Below, in pieces: positions 30,271 to 39,841 of a stretch of 56,302 nucleotides of DNA (positions are counted from its first letter, which is position 1; each line of letters starts with the position of its first letter). The notes below the pieces were generated by a model, which was given only the letters and a program-made list of their open reading frames with translations, searched no databases and was not told where the DNA came from. The DNA is from Nanobdellati archaeon (GTDB lineage: Archaea > EX4484-52 > GLR71). The position numbers and the translations under genes were made by a program. The DNA is taken from contig JAHYJR010000006.1 of NCBI GenBank assembly GCA_019429005.1, forward strand, positions 1 to 56,302. The letters run 5' to 3'.

Positions 30271-31491
30271 ATGTCATTTGAAAACATTATTGGTTCGAAG
30301 AGTAAGATTTCAATTTTAACTCTGTTATTTTCAGATATCGCTGTAGGCTATACTTTTCTGAAACTGTCTAAAGTGTCTGGTGTGCCTTATTCTGTTGTGC
30401 ATCGTGATATGAAACTTTTAAAAGCTGAAAATTTTGTTATCTTGAAAAGAGTGGGTAATAAATGTATTGTTACGTTGAATAATGACCATATTGATTTTGA
30501 GAAGATTAAATATCTTTTTGAAAAAAAGGTCTCTGTTCTAAAAAAATTATTTAAATCAGAAAAAGGACTTATATTTGTTCATCATAATGCAGATCCTGAT
30601 GCTGTGGGAAGTGCAATTGCCCTCGCTCGTGGACTTGCTCAAGGTGGTTTAAAGTGTGATATAGTTGCATTAGATGGTTTAAGCAAGCAATCTAAAGCGG
30701 TCTTGACTAAATATCCATATCCAATACTTGAAACGGTTGAATCATTTCCTGATTTAGTATTTATTTTAGATACATCATCTTATGAGCAGATAAATAATAT
30801 TGAAATACCTGAAACGTCAAAGGTTGTTGTGATTGATCATCATACTCGTGGTACAATTGCTAAACGTGCAGACCTTAAACTTATTGATACCGAAGCGCAT
30901 GCTACGGGTATTCTTGTGTATGATCTTCTTAAGAGCTCAGGTGTAAAAATCACAGCTGAAATAGCTTTTTTCTTGCTTGTTGCAATTGTTGCAGATACGT
31001 CGTTCCTCAGGCTTGTAAATAGCAAAGATCTTAAGATTGTATCACATCTTATGGAATACACTAGTTTGGATGATGTCATATCAATACTTTCTGTAAAAGT
31101 TGATCTTTCTCAAAGGATTGCAATATCAAAAGCGGTTGCACGCTCAAAAGTATATCGTTTTGATCGTCTTATTGTTGTGCTTTCGAAAGTTGGTTCTTTT
31201 GAATCTGCTGTTGCAAGAACGTTTGTAAATTCTTTTGCAGATATAGCTATAGTTGAGAATGTGCATTCTGGTAGTGTTAGAATTAGTGGACGAGCAAGAA
31301 CACATTTAGCTGATAAAATTAATCTTGCAACTATATTTAAGTCTATAGGACCTTTGATAAAAGGTAATGCTGGGGGTCATGTGACTGCTGCATCTGCTAA
31401 TGGAACTGATGATTCCAAGATGTATGAAGTACGGGCACAGTTGTTTGATAAAATTTCAAAAATATTTAAGGTTGCTCCTAAACAAATTTAA
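30271..31491 (+). CDS. DHH/DHHA1 phosphoesterase (NrnA-like) with N-terminal wHTH
   Basis: HHNADPDA, LDT, IDHH, ADT, AGGH; first ~85 aa HTH-like. Confidence 0.88.
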   Translation: MSFENIIGSKSKISILTLLFSDIAVGYTFLKLSKVSGVPYSVVHRDMKLLKAENFVILKRVGNKCIVTLNNDHIDFEKIKYLFEKKVSVLKKLFKSEKGLIFVHHNADPDAVGSAIALARGLAQGGLKCDIVALDGLSKQSKAVLTKYPYPILETVESFPDLVFILDTSSYEQINNIEIPETSKVVVIDHHTRGTIAKRADLKLIDTEAHATGILVYDLLKSSGVKITAEIAFFLLVAIVADTSFLRLVNSKDLKIVSHLMEYTSLDDVISILSVKVDLSQRIAISKAVARSKVYRFDRLIVVLSKVGSFESAVARTFVNSFADIAIVENVHSGSVRISGRARTHLADKINLATIFKSIGPLIKGNAGGHVTAASANGTDDSKMYEVRAQLFDKISKIFKVAPKQI

Positions 31492-31546
31492 AGCTATTTA
31501 TTCTTATATAGGATAGTCGTTTTTATATGACCTATAGGTGTTTATT

Positions 31547-31804
31547 ATGGATGGGCTTGATGAAATATTATTCCAGATTACAGAGCTTAGTGAAGATCGA
31601 CGTGTTCCACGAAATGTGAGAGTATCTGTTGAACGTGTGTTAGGGGATCTTCAAAATCCAGAAACATCAATTACTGTCAAATTAAATGGAGCTATATCTG
31701 TTCTTGATGAAGTTTGCAATGATACAAATATCAAGCCATTTACAAGGACACAAATTTGGAATTTAGTTACAATACTTGAGGAATTTCAATCAGAATTAGA
31801 TTAA
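31547..31804 (+). CDS. UPF0147 family protein
   Basis: DRRVPRNVR...AIS.LDEV.ND.N...TRTQIW. Confidence 0.88.
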   Translation: MDGLDEILFQITELSEDRRVPRNVRVSVERVLGDLQNPETSITVKLNGAISVLDEVCNDTNIKPFTRTQIWNLVTILEEFQSELD

Positions 31805-31859
31805 TTTTATTAATGTTTATATATAATATATAATTAGTATATTTAGAGGCGATATCATA

Positions 31860-32198
31860 ATGGGTTTATTTAGTAAAAATACAGTAGATTCTGTTTCAAC
31901 TGATGCAGACTATATCGAAGTAGATGAACAGGGCAATAATTCAAAAGGCCATTTTCTTATAAGAATTGAAAATCTGTCTGATTTTAATGATACGACTGTT
32001 ATTCAGCAATACATCCGTAATGGTGATATTATATGGGTCAAGATAAAATCATTGAGAGAAAAAGATATGAGTGAACTTAAAAGAGCAATTGATCGTTTAA
32101 GGAAGACTTGTGTTGCAATAAATGGTGATATTGCAGGCGTTGATGAAGATTTTATTGTTCTGACACCACCTGGTGTTAAATTACATAGAATGGAATAA
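31860..32198 (+). CDS. sepF: Cell division protein SepF
   Basis: ELKRAIDRLRKTC...GDIAG....IVLTP. Confidence 0.88.
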   Translation: MGLFSKNTVDSVSTDADYIEVDEQGNNSKGHFLIRIENLSDFNDTTVIQQYIRNGDIIWVKIKSLREKDMSELKRAIDRLRKTCVAINGDIAGVDEDFIVLTPPGVKLHRME

Positions 32199-32287
32199 TT
32201 TTCCATTTTTTTTGGTTAAGGCATATTTTTATGTCTTGTTACCGTTTTTTTTAATTTTATAGTATTTTTAATCTTGTTTAACTAGAT

Positions 32288-32482
32288 TATTCAAGATTTT
32301 GCTTAAGTTAAAGTATTCAAGATTTTGCTTAGGTTAAAGTATTCACGATTTTGCTTAGGTTAAAGTATTCAAGATTTTGCTTAAGTTAAAGTATTCAAGA
32401 TTTTGCTTAAGTTAAATTATTCAAGATTTTGTTTAGGTTAAAGTATTCAAGATTTTGCTTAAGTTAAAGTATTCAAGATTTT
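32288..32482. repeat. Tandem array, 26-bp unit TATTCAAGATTTTGCTTA(A/G)GTTAAAG, 7.5 copies
   Basis: Units start at 32288, 32314, 32340, 32366, 32392, 32418, 32444, 32470; no spacers. Confidence 0.97.
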
Positions 32483-33420
32483 TATATTATATTATCTATA
32501 ATCTTGTCTAAGTCAAATTCTTCAAGATCTTCGTATTCTTGTCCTGTTCCAAGGAATGTTATTGGTTTTTTAATTGTGTGTGTTATAGAAAGTGCAGCTC
32601 CGCCTTTTTGATCAATATCCCATTTTGAGAGTATTACGCCATCTATGCCGACTTTATTGAATATTTCAGCTTGTCTTATTACATCATTACCGGCTAGGGC
32701 TTCTGTTACGAGAAATTTTATATCTGGATTATTGACTCTAGTTATTTTTTCAAGTTCTTTAAGGAGATTTATGTCTTGATGTGTTCGTCCTGCTGTATCT
32801 GCAAGGACAACATCAATATTTTTTGATTTAGCATATTTTACTGCATCAAATATTATCGCTGCTGCATCTGCACCATAGTCCTGTTTGATTATCTTTATAT
32901 TCAATGTGTTGGCATGGTATTCAAGCTGCTGTATTGCTGCTGCACGGAACGTGTCACCTGCTGCAAACACACAAGAATATCCCTGGTTGAGTAGTTTGTG
33001 TGCTAATTTTGCTAAATTAGTTGTTTTTCCAGCACCATTAAAACCTAAAACCATTATCAATGTTGGTTTTTTCTCTATTTTGTTCTTATCTATGATTGAG
33101 TATATATCTAATTTTTCTTGATTAAGTATTTCTCTTACAGAATCTTTGAATGTTGTTTCAATTATATCTTTAATTTTTGTACGTTTTACAGATTGACCCT
33201 TTAAATTATCTTTTATGTTAGAACAGATCTTTTCTGAGACTTCTATTGCAACATTATTTTCAAGAAGTATCATTTCTAGGTTAAAAAGAATGTCGTCAAG
33301 CGCGTCTTCAGTTATCTCTTTTTCGCTTACGGTTTTTGTTATTGTTTCTTTTGTATCATCAATCTTTTTTGTTATATCCTCTATTACTGATGAGAGCTTT
33401 TTTTTGAGAAATCCAAACAT
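32482..33420 (-). CDS. ftsY: SRP receptor FtsY
   Basis: GFNGAGKTT, DTFRAAAIQQL, DTAGR, GTGQEYEDL. Confidence 0.97.
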   Translation of the reverse strand: MFGFLKKKLSSVIEDITKKIDDTKETITKTVSEKEITEDALDDILFNLEMILLENNVAIEVSEKICSNIKDNLKGQSVKRTKIKDIIETTFKDSVREILNQEKLDIYSIIDKNKIEKKPTLIMVLGFNGAGKTTNLAKLAHKLLNQGYSCVFAAGDTFRAAAIQQLEYHANTLNIKIIKQDYGADAAAIIFDAVKYAKSKNIDVVLADTAGRTHQDINLLKELEKITRVNNPDIKFLVTEALAGNDVIRQAEIFNKVGIDGVILSKWDIDQKGGAALSITHTIKKPITFLGTGQEYEDLEEFDLDKIIDNII

Positions 33421-33432
33421 AGGCAAATACCT

Positions 33433-33867
33433 TTAGTTATTTTTCTTTAGGTCTTTGTTCATATTTTTGTTTTGTAATTGTTCAAATTCTGAAATTATTG
33501 ATATACTTTCTTGTTCAATTATAGCTATATTATTATCGATATCTTTAAGCTGTTTATTTAGATTTAATTCTAATTGTTCTGTTGTTTTTATTGCGTCTTT
33601 TAGATCTTTTTTAATTAGTATGCCAGCTCCTATGCTTGTTATGACTTGTTTTGTCTCTGGTATTGTTGCATCTACAGAAATTCCTGCACCTATTGGTACA
33701 ATAGTTTTTGTATTTTCTTTTGTGTCTTTTAATCCTTCAAGACACTGTTTTGCTGTTGCGACTTCCATTATTCTAGAATTAATTTCCATTTTATATTGAT
33801 TTAATTGCATGACTTGTTGTTTTAGTGTCTCAAGTTCCATATATTTTTGTTCTATTTCGTTATTCAT
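33433..33867 (-). CDS. pfdA: Prefoldin alpha subunit
   Basis: VPIGAG..IGAG hairpins between coiled coils. Confidence 0.92.
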   Translation of the reverse strand: MNNEIEQKYMELETLKQQVMQLNQYKMEINSRIMEVATAKQCLEGLKDTKENTKTIVPIGAGISVDATIPETKQVITSIGAGILIKKDLKDAIKTTEQLELNLNKQLKDIDNNIAIIEQESISIISEFEQLQNKNMNKDLKKNN

Positions 33868-33894
33868 TAAAAAAACCTGTATTATTATTTTATC

Positions 33895-34563
33895 TTAAGC
33901 GTTTATAAAACCAAGTGCTTCATCTATTCTTGAGATTTCAGGTCCTGTTGTTAATTCGCCTATAAGGAGACCATTTGAATTTGCTATAATACCACTTTTT
34001 ATAAATGAACCTCCAAAATTGACTGAACCTATATCACCTTCAACTTTTAGACAGTCTTTTACAAATTCAAAATCTTCTTTTTCTACATCCATGTTTAGAA
34101 GAAATCCTTTATTTGTTGTAATTGCTAATGCTCCTACTATGTCATTATTTAGAATTGTTCCAACTGTGACTGGTACCTTTAAAGTATCTTCAATTTCTTT
34201 CTTATTTTTTTCTAGTTTTTCAGATATAATGCAACCTTTGTCGTTTGTAAGTATTAGATTTCCTAATGCTGTATATTTTGTCTCTAGTTTTGTTAGTGTT
34301 ATATTTTTGTCTATTTTAGCTAAATTATTTTTGAGTTTTTCAAATTCATGGTTTTCTATTGTATTTGGAACTAATAGACCATTTGAGTTACCTGCTAAAA
34401 AGATTCCGACATATTTTGTACTTGCAATTGTTGTTTCTATCACATCTGTTTTAAATACTTCGGAGTCTTTAGTTTTTTTAGAAATTATCATATATTTGTC
34501 AGTTGCAATACCGTAAAGTCCAACATTTGGGTTGCTATCAATTTTTATTTTTGCGATATGCAT
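33895..34563 (-). CDS. eif6: Translation initiation factor 6
   Basis: GNSNG, GNLILTNDKG, GSVNFG, TTGPEISRIDEALG. Confidence 0.95.
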   Translation of the reverse strand: MHIAKIKIDSNPNVGLYGIATDKYMIISKKTKDSEVFKTDVIETTIASTKYVGIFLAGNSNGLLVPNTIENHEFEKLKNNLAKIDKNITLTKLETKYTALGNLILTNDKGCIISEKLEKNKKEIEDTLKVPVTVGTILNNDIVGALAITTNKGFLLNMDVEKEDFEFVKDCLKVEGDIGSVNFGGSFIKSGIIANSNGLLIGELTTGPEISRIDEALGFINA

Positions 34564-34604
34564 ATTAATAACCTTTTTTAAAAAAATAAGTAGGTGTTAA
34601 GGCA

Positions 34605-35138
34605 TTATTTTTTTGCCTTAACATTTGTTTTTGTATCTTCAGATTCTGCTTTTTTAGGTTTTGCTTCGTTTATTTTAGGTTTATCTTCAGATACTGTTTT
34701 TGTTTTATCATCTTTTTTTGGTTTAGATTCTTTTTTGTCTGTTGTTTTTGGAGTTTTATCTGATTTTTTAGGAGTTGCTTTTTCGTCTGTCTTTTTAGGT
34801 TTTTCAGTTGCTTTTACATCTTCAGTCTTTTTAGAATCTGCTTTTTCATCAGTTTTATCTATTTTTTTAGGTATTTCGAATTTTACATTTTCAAGTTCTA
34901 CCCAAGCAATTTTTTTGTCTTCGACTTCTTCTGTTAACACCTGTACCTTGACTTTTCTTGGAGGGTTTTGTTTTCCATTTACCCATATGTGTTTGTTAAG
35001 TTCAGGTCCTACTTTAACATTGTCTGCTTTCATATGTTTTAATGTGAATGCTTTGAGGACTGTTATAGCTTTCTTACTTCTTCTTTTTATTGATGTTTTC
35101 CATGCATCTCTTAGTGGGATTGTGTATAATCGTTCCAT
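34605..35138 (-). CDS. rpl31e: 50S ribosomal protein L31e with ~90-aa charged C-terminal tail
   Basis: ERLYTIPLR, KHMK, LNKHIW..G..NPPRKV. Confidence 0.95.
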   Translation of the reverse strand: MERLYTIPLRDAWKTSIKRRSKKAITVLKAFTLKHMKADNVKVGPELNKHIWVNGKQNPPRKVKVQVLTEEVEDKKIAWVELENVKFEIPKKIDKTDEKADSKKTEDVKATEKPKKTDEKATPKKSDKTPKTTDKKESKPKKDDKTKTVSEDKPKINEAKPKKAESEDTKTNVKAKK

Positions 35139-35155
35139 AGATAATCAGCTCCAAA

Positions 35156-35332
35156 TTAGTAATCGATTGTTTGGCTTCTTCTCCATTGCCTACTTTTGAA
35201 TCTTTTGATACTTTTAAATCGTGCTCTAAGGAGTCCAAACAATTTTAAATCTGCCCATCTTGGTGCAGGTTTAGCTTCTTTTCTTACTGCTATTAATCTG
35301 ATTTTTTTTGAATATTTTTTTATGCTTGACAT
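35156..35332 (-). CDS. rpl39e: 50S ribosomal protein L39e (divergent)
   Basis: KKIRL...P.W...RQWRR; synteny. Confidence 0.8.
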   Translation of the reverse strand: MSSIKKYSKKIRLIAVRKEAKPAPRWADLKLFGLLRARFKSIKRFKSRQWRRSQTIDY

Positions 35333-35337
35333 ATTTA

Positions 35338-35670
35338 TCACTTACGTTTTATATTCCAGCTTGGTTTTGTCATTATTTTATTTATTATGCTTTTTAGCAT
35401 TTCGTCATTAATGTTTCCCCGTATCATGCCTTGTTGGAATAATTGCAATATATATACTTGTAATTGCATAGCAAAATCGGGTTTTGTGGCTTTAATGGTT
35501 CCGAGGCGTTTAGAAGCATCAGGTGTGAGTACTTGTGACATTATTTTCCTAAGCTCAGTATCCATTTGTTCTGCTTCATTTAGTTGATTTTGAAACGGGT
35601 TTTGATGCTGCTGGTTTATCTGTTGTTGTTGTAGTAGTCGTCTCTTCCGTAGTTCCTCGAGTTCCGTCAT
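35338..35670 (-). CDS. PDCD5/TFAR19-family DNA-binding protein
   Basis: ELEELRKRRL, VLTPDA..RL..I...KP, WNIKRK. Confidence 0.9.
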   Translation of the reverse strand: MTELEELRKRRLLQQQQINQQHQNPFQNQLNEAEQMDTELRKIMSQVLTPDASKRLGTIKATKPDFAMQLQVYILQLFQQGMIRGNINDEMLKSIINKIMTKPSWNIKRK

Positions 35671-36106
35671 CTTTTTTCACTTGTGTTTCTTTTTCTGAAT
35701 TTACTTTTAAAGCCATATTATCTAACATTTTCTGGCCTAATGGTGTAATTGATCTGCCTTTTTTCTCTTTTTTCACAAGGTTTGCAGCCTCAAGTTGTTG
35801 TAAACATTTTCTTATGATGTTTCCAGAACCATCACGTTGTCTTTCTGGTTTGTATCCTCTGTTTTTTCGACCGCCATAAGCTGTTTTGAGTCTTCCAGTA
35901 CCAATTATTTTATTGACATAAACTTTTCTTAATATTGATGCAGCACGAACATACCACCAATCTTTATTAGATGGTACTCTTTCTCTTGAAGAACTGGTTT
36001 TTACGAATGTAGCCCATTCTGGTGCTTTGACATTTTCATTCTTTTTTAATTCTTGTGCTGTTGCTTCTATAAGCTTGTTTGGATTTACATCATATACAGT
36101 AATCAT
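35576..36106 (-). CDS. rps19e: 30S ribosomal protein S19e
   Basis: PEWATFVKT, WWYVRAASILRK, YGGRKNRG, IIRKCLQQLE. Confidence 0.96.
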   Translation of the reverse strand: MITVYDVNPNKLIEATAQELKKNENVKAPEWATFVKTSSSRERVPSNKDWWYVRAASILRKVYVNKIIGTGRLKTAYGGRKNRGYKPERQRDGSGNIIRKCLQQLEAANLVKKEKKGRSITPLGQKMLDNMALKVNSEKETQVKKDDGTRGTTEETTTTTTTDKPAASKPVSKSTK

Positions 36107-36194
36107 TATTTACACCGTCTTTTTTATTTTTCAGAAATTAGCATAGTTCGCTATCTCATAATTATAAAACTATAATTAATTATGAGTGATACAT

Positions 36195-36548
36195 TTATAA
36201 ATCTTGCTTTTTTCGTTTTTGTTTTATTTCCGTTATATATGGTATTCGTTTGATATTTTTACATTCAAGGCATGTTATTATTATTTGATGTTTTTCTGAA
36301 TCTATTCTATGTCTTGAATTTGTTCCCAATTTGAAGAATGTATTACATTTTCTACAAAATTGTCTTTTATATGGTAAAGGTATTGGCAAATTAAACTTTT
36401 TTCCAATATATCTTGCAATTGTTACATATCTTTTTGCTAAGGTTGGTTCTTGTTTTTTTGCTTCTGAAAAAAGTATCTTTATCCTTTCAAGTGCAAGATC
36501 TTTTTGCCAGTTTGGTTTCTTACCTCTTTGAATTTTCTTGAAAGCCAT
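36195..36548 (-). CDS. rnp4: RNase P protein Rpp21
   Basis: ALERI..LF, KRQFCRKC, ITCLEC. Confidence 0.92.
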   Translation of the reverse strand: MAFKKIQRGKKPNWQKDLALERIKILFSEAKKQEPTLAKRYVTIARYIGKKFNLPIPLPYKRQFCRKCNTFFKLGTNSRHRIDSEKHQIIITCLECKNIKRIPYITEIKQKRKKQDL

Positions 36549-36589
36549 TGGTTTATTAATATCTGTATATATTTATAAACGTTATTTGA

Positions 36590-37300
36590 TTATCTTAATT
36601 TTGGTTTTAGGTTTGCGTTTTTCATGTATTCTTTTATTTTTTCTATGTGGTTATCTCTGGTTATTCCATAGATGTTTGAATCAAGAAGTGCATCTTTTAT
36701 CTTTTCTTTTGTTATTGTGTTTGTTTTTATGCTGTAATCGTTGAAAATGCCACTGTTTCTATTGTCTGTGAAAGTGTCATAATTATCATATATAGAATCA
36801 CGTATCTGTGCCGTTATGGTCTGGGTCAAGTGCTCATCATCTATGTCATATATTATATGTACTAGTTCGTGTGTTATCTGTGCGATTGTTTCATTGTCAT
36901 CTAAGTCGTTGTCCATACAAATTGTGTTGATTCCGTCAATTTTATGTGCAAAGCTTGCATAGAGATTTTCCCCTTTTGTTTTGATTTTTGTTGGTACAAA
37001 TCCTGCGTATATATCAATTTGACTTGTTTTTTTAGTTTTATGGATATATCCGAAATTTTCAAGAAAATCGTAGACTGCTAATGTGTATTTTTGCATATCA
37101 TTATGTTTTTTGCTTCTTAATAGGATTGTGCAGTATTCTTTGTTGTTTATTGGACTTATTATTTCCATTTCTTTATGTCCAATATTGTTTGTTTTAAGAT
37201 AATCTCTCTTTTTTTTAAGATCTGTTATGTTTCTTAGTTCATTTACGCTAGAATATAGTTAGTCTTCTTTGACTTCCTTATTATGTTTTATAATTGTCAT
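36590..37300 (-). CDS. HExxH zinc-metallopeptidase-like protein, probably interrupted near its start
   Basis: ITHELVHII motif; frame extends from ATG 37168 to ATG 37300 across one TAA at 37259-37261. Confidence 0.55.
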
Positions 37301-37328
37301 AATAATTCCCTTATTTTTAAAAAAAGTA

Positions 37329-37402
37329 TACGGTAGCCGAGATTTGAACTCGGGCCACCACCGTGGCAGGGTGGGATCGTAACCAGACTTGACTACTACC
37401 GC
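37329..37402 (-). tRNA. tRNA-Gly(GCC)
   Basis: GCGGTAG/CTACCGT acceptor stem, CCACC-CTGCCAC-GGTGG anticodon arm, TTCAAAT T-loop. Confidence 0.95.
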
Positions 37403-37497
37403 ATCATTAGTTAATATTTGTATAGGTCTTTTATATATTTTATGTTATTTTTAACAGCTTGGGCTCTATTTGGTATATATAAAATATAGAATATGTT

Positions 37498-37686
37498 CTA
37501 TGATTTTCTAACCATACCTATACTGTGCTTATTTTGCCATGCGTGTTGTATAATACTTGGGCTTTTACCAAAACCACATGCGCTACATTCTTTATCTGTC
37601 TTATGGTATGAATGGTTTCCGCATCTTCTGCAGTTTGTATGCACAGTTTTGTTTCTTTTTCCAAATGATGGCTTTCCTTTTGTCAT
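37498..37686 (-). CDS. rpl37e: 50S ribosomal protein L37e
   Basis: MTKGKPSFGKRN..H..CRRCG..SYH....CSACGFG. Confidence 0.96.
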   Translation of the reverse strand: MTKGKPSFGKRNKTVHTNCRRCGNHSYHKTDKECSACGFGKSPSIIQHAWQNKHSIGMVRKS

Positions 37687-37748
37687 ATGTAATCAACCGT
37701 TAATATATAGTACTTTTTTCTTTTAGATTATTTATTGTAGTAATCTTT

Positions 37749-37976
37749 TTATTTAGATGGTGCAATGTATGTTATATTATCTCCACGGATAAGTATCTTT
37801 CCAACTTCTTTTTCTATATTTGTGTTGGTGTCTGTTATTTTTGCATTATCGAGCCACATGTTTAGGTGTAGATCATATGCTTTAATTTCACCAGAAACAT
37901 TTGTCATGTTTCTTAGCTTAATCATAACTCTTTTTCCTTTGGATTTTTCAAGTATATCGATTGGTCTGTTGTTCAT
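37749..37976 (-). CDS. Sm-like archaeal protein (Lsm)
   Basis: RPID.L, YDLHLN, IRGDN; synteny with rpl37e. Confidence 0.93.
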   Translation of the reverse strand: MNNRPIDILEKSKGKRVMIKLRNMTNVSGEIKAYDLHLNMWLDNAKITDTNTNIEKEVGKILIRGDNITYIAPSK

Positions 37977-38029
37977 ATTTAAAACCTTGTATATAACATC
38001 TTATTAGTTTAATAAGATACAGAAATACT

Positions 38030-38144
38030 TATAAAAGTATTTATTCGTTTATGTGTATCTAAGATATAGATATATATATAAAATTATTTATTCGTTTATG
38101 TGTATCTAAGATATAGATATGTTTATAAAAGTAATATTCGTTTA
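38030..38144. repeat. Imperfect ~46-47-bp tandem repeat (~2.5 copies) between divergent lsm and rps8e
   Basis: TTATTCGTTTATGTGTATCTAAGATATAGATAT at 38041 and 38088; partial third copy near 38134. Confidence 0.85.
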
Positions 38145-38181
38145 AATATGTCTAATAATTTTTAAAATCGGTGAATTTATA

Positions 38182-38556
38182 ATGGGCGTATGGCACTTAA
38201 AATCTAAAAGGAAATCTACAGGCGGAAAGCTTACAGTTGGACATAAAAAGAAGAAATGTGAATTAGGACGAAATCCTACAAGGACACTTTTGGGTGCTTT
38301 GAAGAAATTTACAGTTAAAGCTAGAGGCTATTGCAAAAAGATTGCTTTGAAATCTTCAGACACAATCAATGTTTCAGATGGTCCTACTCGTTTTTTAGCT
38401 AAAATTGTTAAAGTTGTTGAGAATAAGGCTAATCCTCAGTATGTTAAATTAGGTGTTATAACTAAAGGTGCAGTACTTGAGACTGATAAAGGTAATGTTG
38501 TTGTTACATCAAGACCTGGTCAAGATGGCGTATTAAATGGCAAGCTTGTCAAATAA
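38182..38556 (+). CDS. rps8e: 30S ribosomal protein S8e
   Basis: SKRKSTGG, ELGR, ITKGA, VTSRPGQDG. Confidence 0.96.
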   Translation: MGVWHLKSKRKSTGGKLTVGHKKKKCELGRNPTRTLLGALKKFTVKARGYCKKIALKSSDTINVSDGPTRFLAKIVKVVENKANPQYVKLGVITKGAVLETDKGNVVVTSRPGQDGVLNGKLVK

Positions 38557-38604
38557 TCGCTATCTATATATAGTTCTTGCAGCGAAATACTTTTGTGATA
38601 TATA

Positions 38605-38883
38605 ATGGTTAATTTTCCAGATATAAGCAATACTAATTACTTTACTAATCGTTCTCTTCCAAATAAGGAGGGTGAGATGACTGGTAAGATTTTGATGTTT
38701 CGAGAGAAAGGTAAAGAAGAATATCATCTTATTATGACATGCCCTTTCTGTGGTCATGAGCAGGAAAGAGATGAGGCTTTTGAGAAAAAACCTTTCCGTC
38801 CTAAATGCTCATCTTGCACTAAAAGCATTTTGATATCAAAGCTTAAGGATGCAGGTAAGAGTAAGAAGAAAAAGAAGGAATAA
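38605..38883 (+). CDS. Small Zn-ribbon protein
   Basis: CPFC...CSSC, basic tail. Confidence 0.75.
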   Translation: MVNFPDISNTNYFTNRSLPNKEGEMTGKILMFREKGKEEYHLIMTCPFCGHEQERDEAFEKKPFRPKCSSCTKSILISKLKDAGKSKKKKKE

Positions 38884-39008
38884 TCTTCTTTTTTATTTTT
38901 TTTATGAAAAATATATAAAAGCTTAGTTAAAAATATCAAACAGATACACGATTTTTGATGTAAATTTAAAAAGCTTTAAAAAACTTTAGACTTAATATAT
39001 TGATTATT

Positions 39009-39083
39009 GCCTTGATAGCTCAGCCTGGTTTGAGCGGCTGATTTGTAATCAGCAGGCCGGGGGTTCGAATCCCTCTCAAGGCT
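39009..39083 (+). tRNA. tRNA-Thr(TGT)
   Basis: GCCTTGA/TCAAGGC acceptor stem, GCTGA-TTTGTAA-TCAGC anticodon arm, GGTTCGAATCC. Confidence 0.96.
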
Positions 39084-39367
39084 TTTAACTTTTAATTCTT
39101 TAGGTTTGACGTTTAAAAGGTCACTGATGCATTCTTTCAGATTGTAATATCTTTATTGATACGGGTATGATTGGTTCGGATGTAAGGGCTGTGTCTTATG
39201 ATGACGTTGAGGATCTTGTTCAACAAGATGATGAATGTTGTCAAGGTTGAGATACAGAACGATTTGGATGCTTTGTGGAGGGTTAGGGATGGTTCTTAAG
39301 TCTTACAGATAATTTACCTATTGATTTGCAGAATAATTTGATTTTAAATCGGAGTACACTCAAAAAT

Positions 39368-39574
39368 TTATCTTAAAATATATGAATCAACTTTAGTGAT
39401 GTATAATAATCCCCAGACTAAAAGTATTCCAGTCAAAATTGCTTAACCACCAATTTCAAAAGATTTTTCAATAAAATAATTACTTAATCCTATGGTAAAT
39501 AGAATAATCGTAAAGATAAATGTTTTTGGTCCTCTATTGTTAAGATATTTTTCAATTTTATTTGTGTTTTCCAT
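39368..39574 (-). pseudogene. Remnant of a small membrane-protein gene
   Basis: MENTNKIEK...FIFTIILFTIGLS, frameshift, then EIGG*AILTGILLVWGLLY. Confidence 0.4.
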
Positions 39575-39742
39575 ATAAATCACTCTAAAATCAATTACAA
39601 TAATTTTATTTTTTTATAAATCGTTAATTTTTTGTGGTTATTTTTGCAATAAAAACGTTTTATTTTTCTTTTAATTTTAACTTTTTTAAACATAAGTAAT
39701 TATATTTAATTTTTGTAAACTATGTGTCTTTAGACAACTAAC

Positions 39743-39841
39743 TGTTAAATTTAATTAACAGTTGTAAATATTTCTTAACAATCAAAACATATATATATAT
39801 TACTGTTAATAAATATTAACACATGTTAAAAATACTTAACG
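39743..39841. promoter_or_regulatory. Four palindromic operator-like sites TGTTAA-N6-TTAACA
   Basis: 39743 and 39804 exact; 39763 (TGTAAA) and 39824 (TTAACG) one mismatch; AT-repeat TATA-like tract between the two pairs. Confidence 0.75.

Noticed and set aside
32288-32482. 26-bp array (and the 21- and 27-bp arrays) as CRISPR
   Set aside because: Units are head-to-tail with no unique spacers, and no cas genes are present.
34594-35199. 201-aa plus-strand ORF and other antisense ORFs in the track (e.g. 10335-10694, 12713-13114, 34019-34516)
   Set aside because: They are shadows of well-supported genes on the opposite strand.
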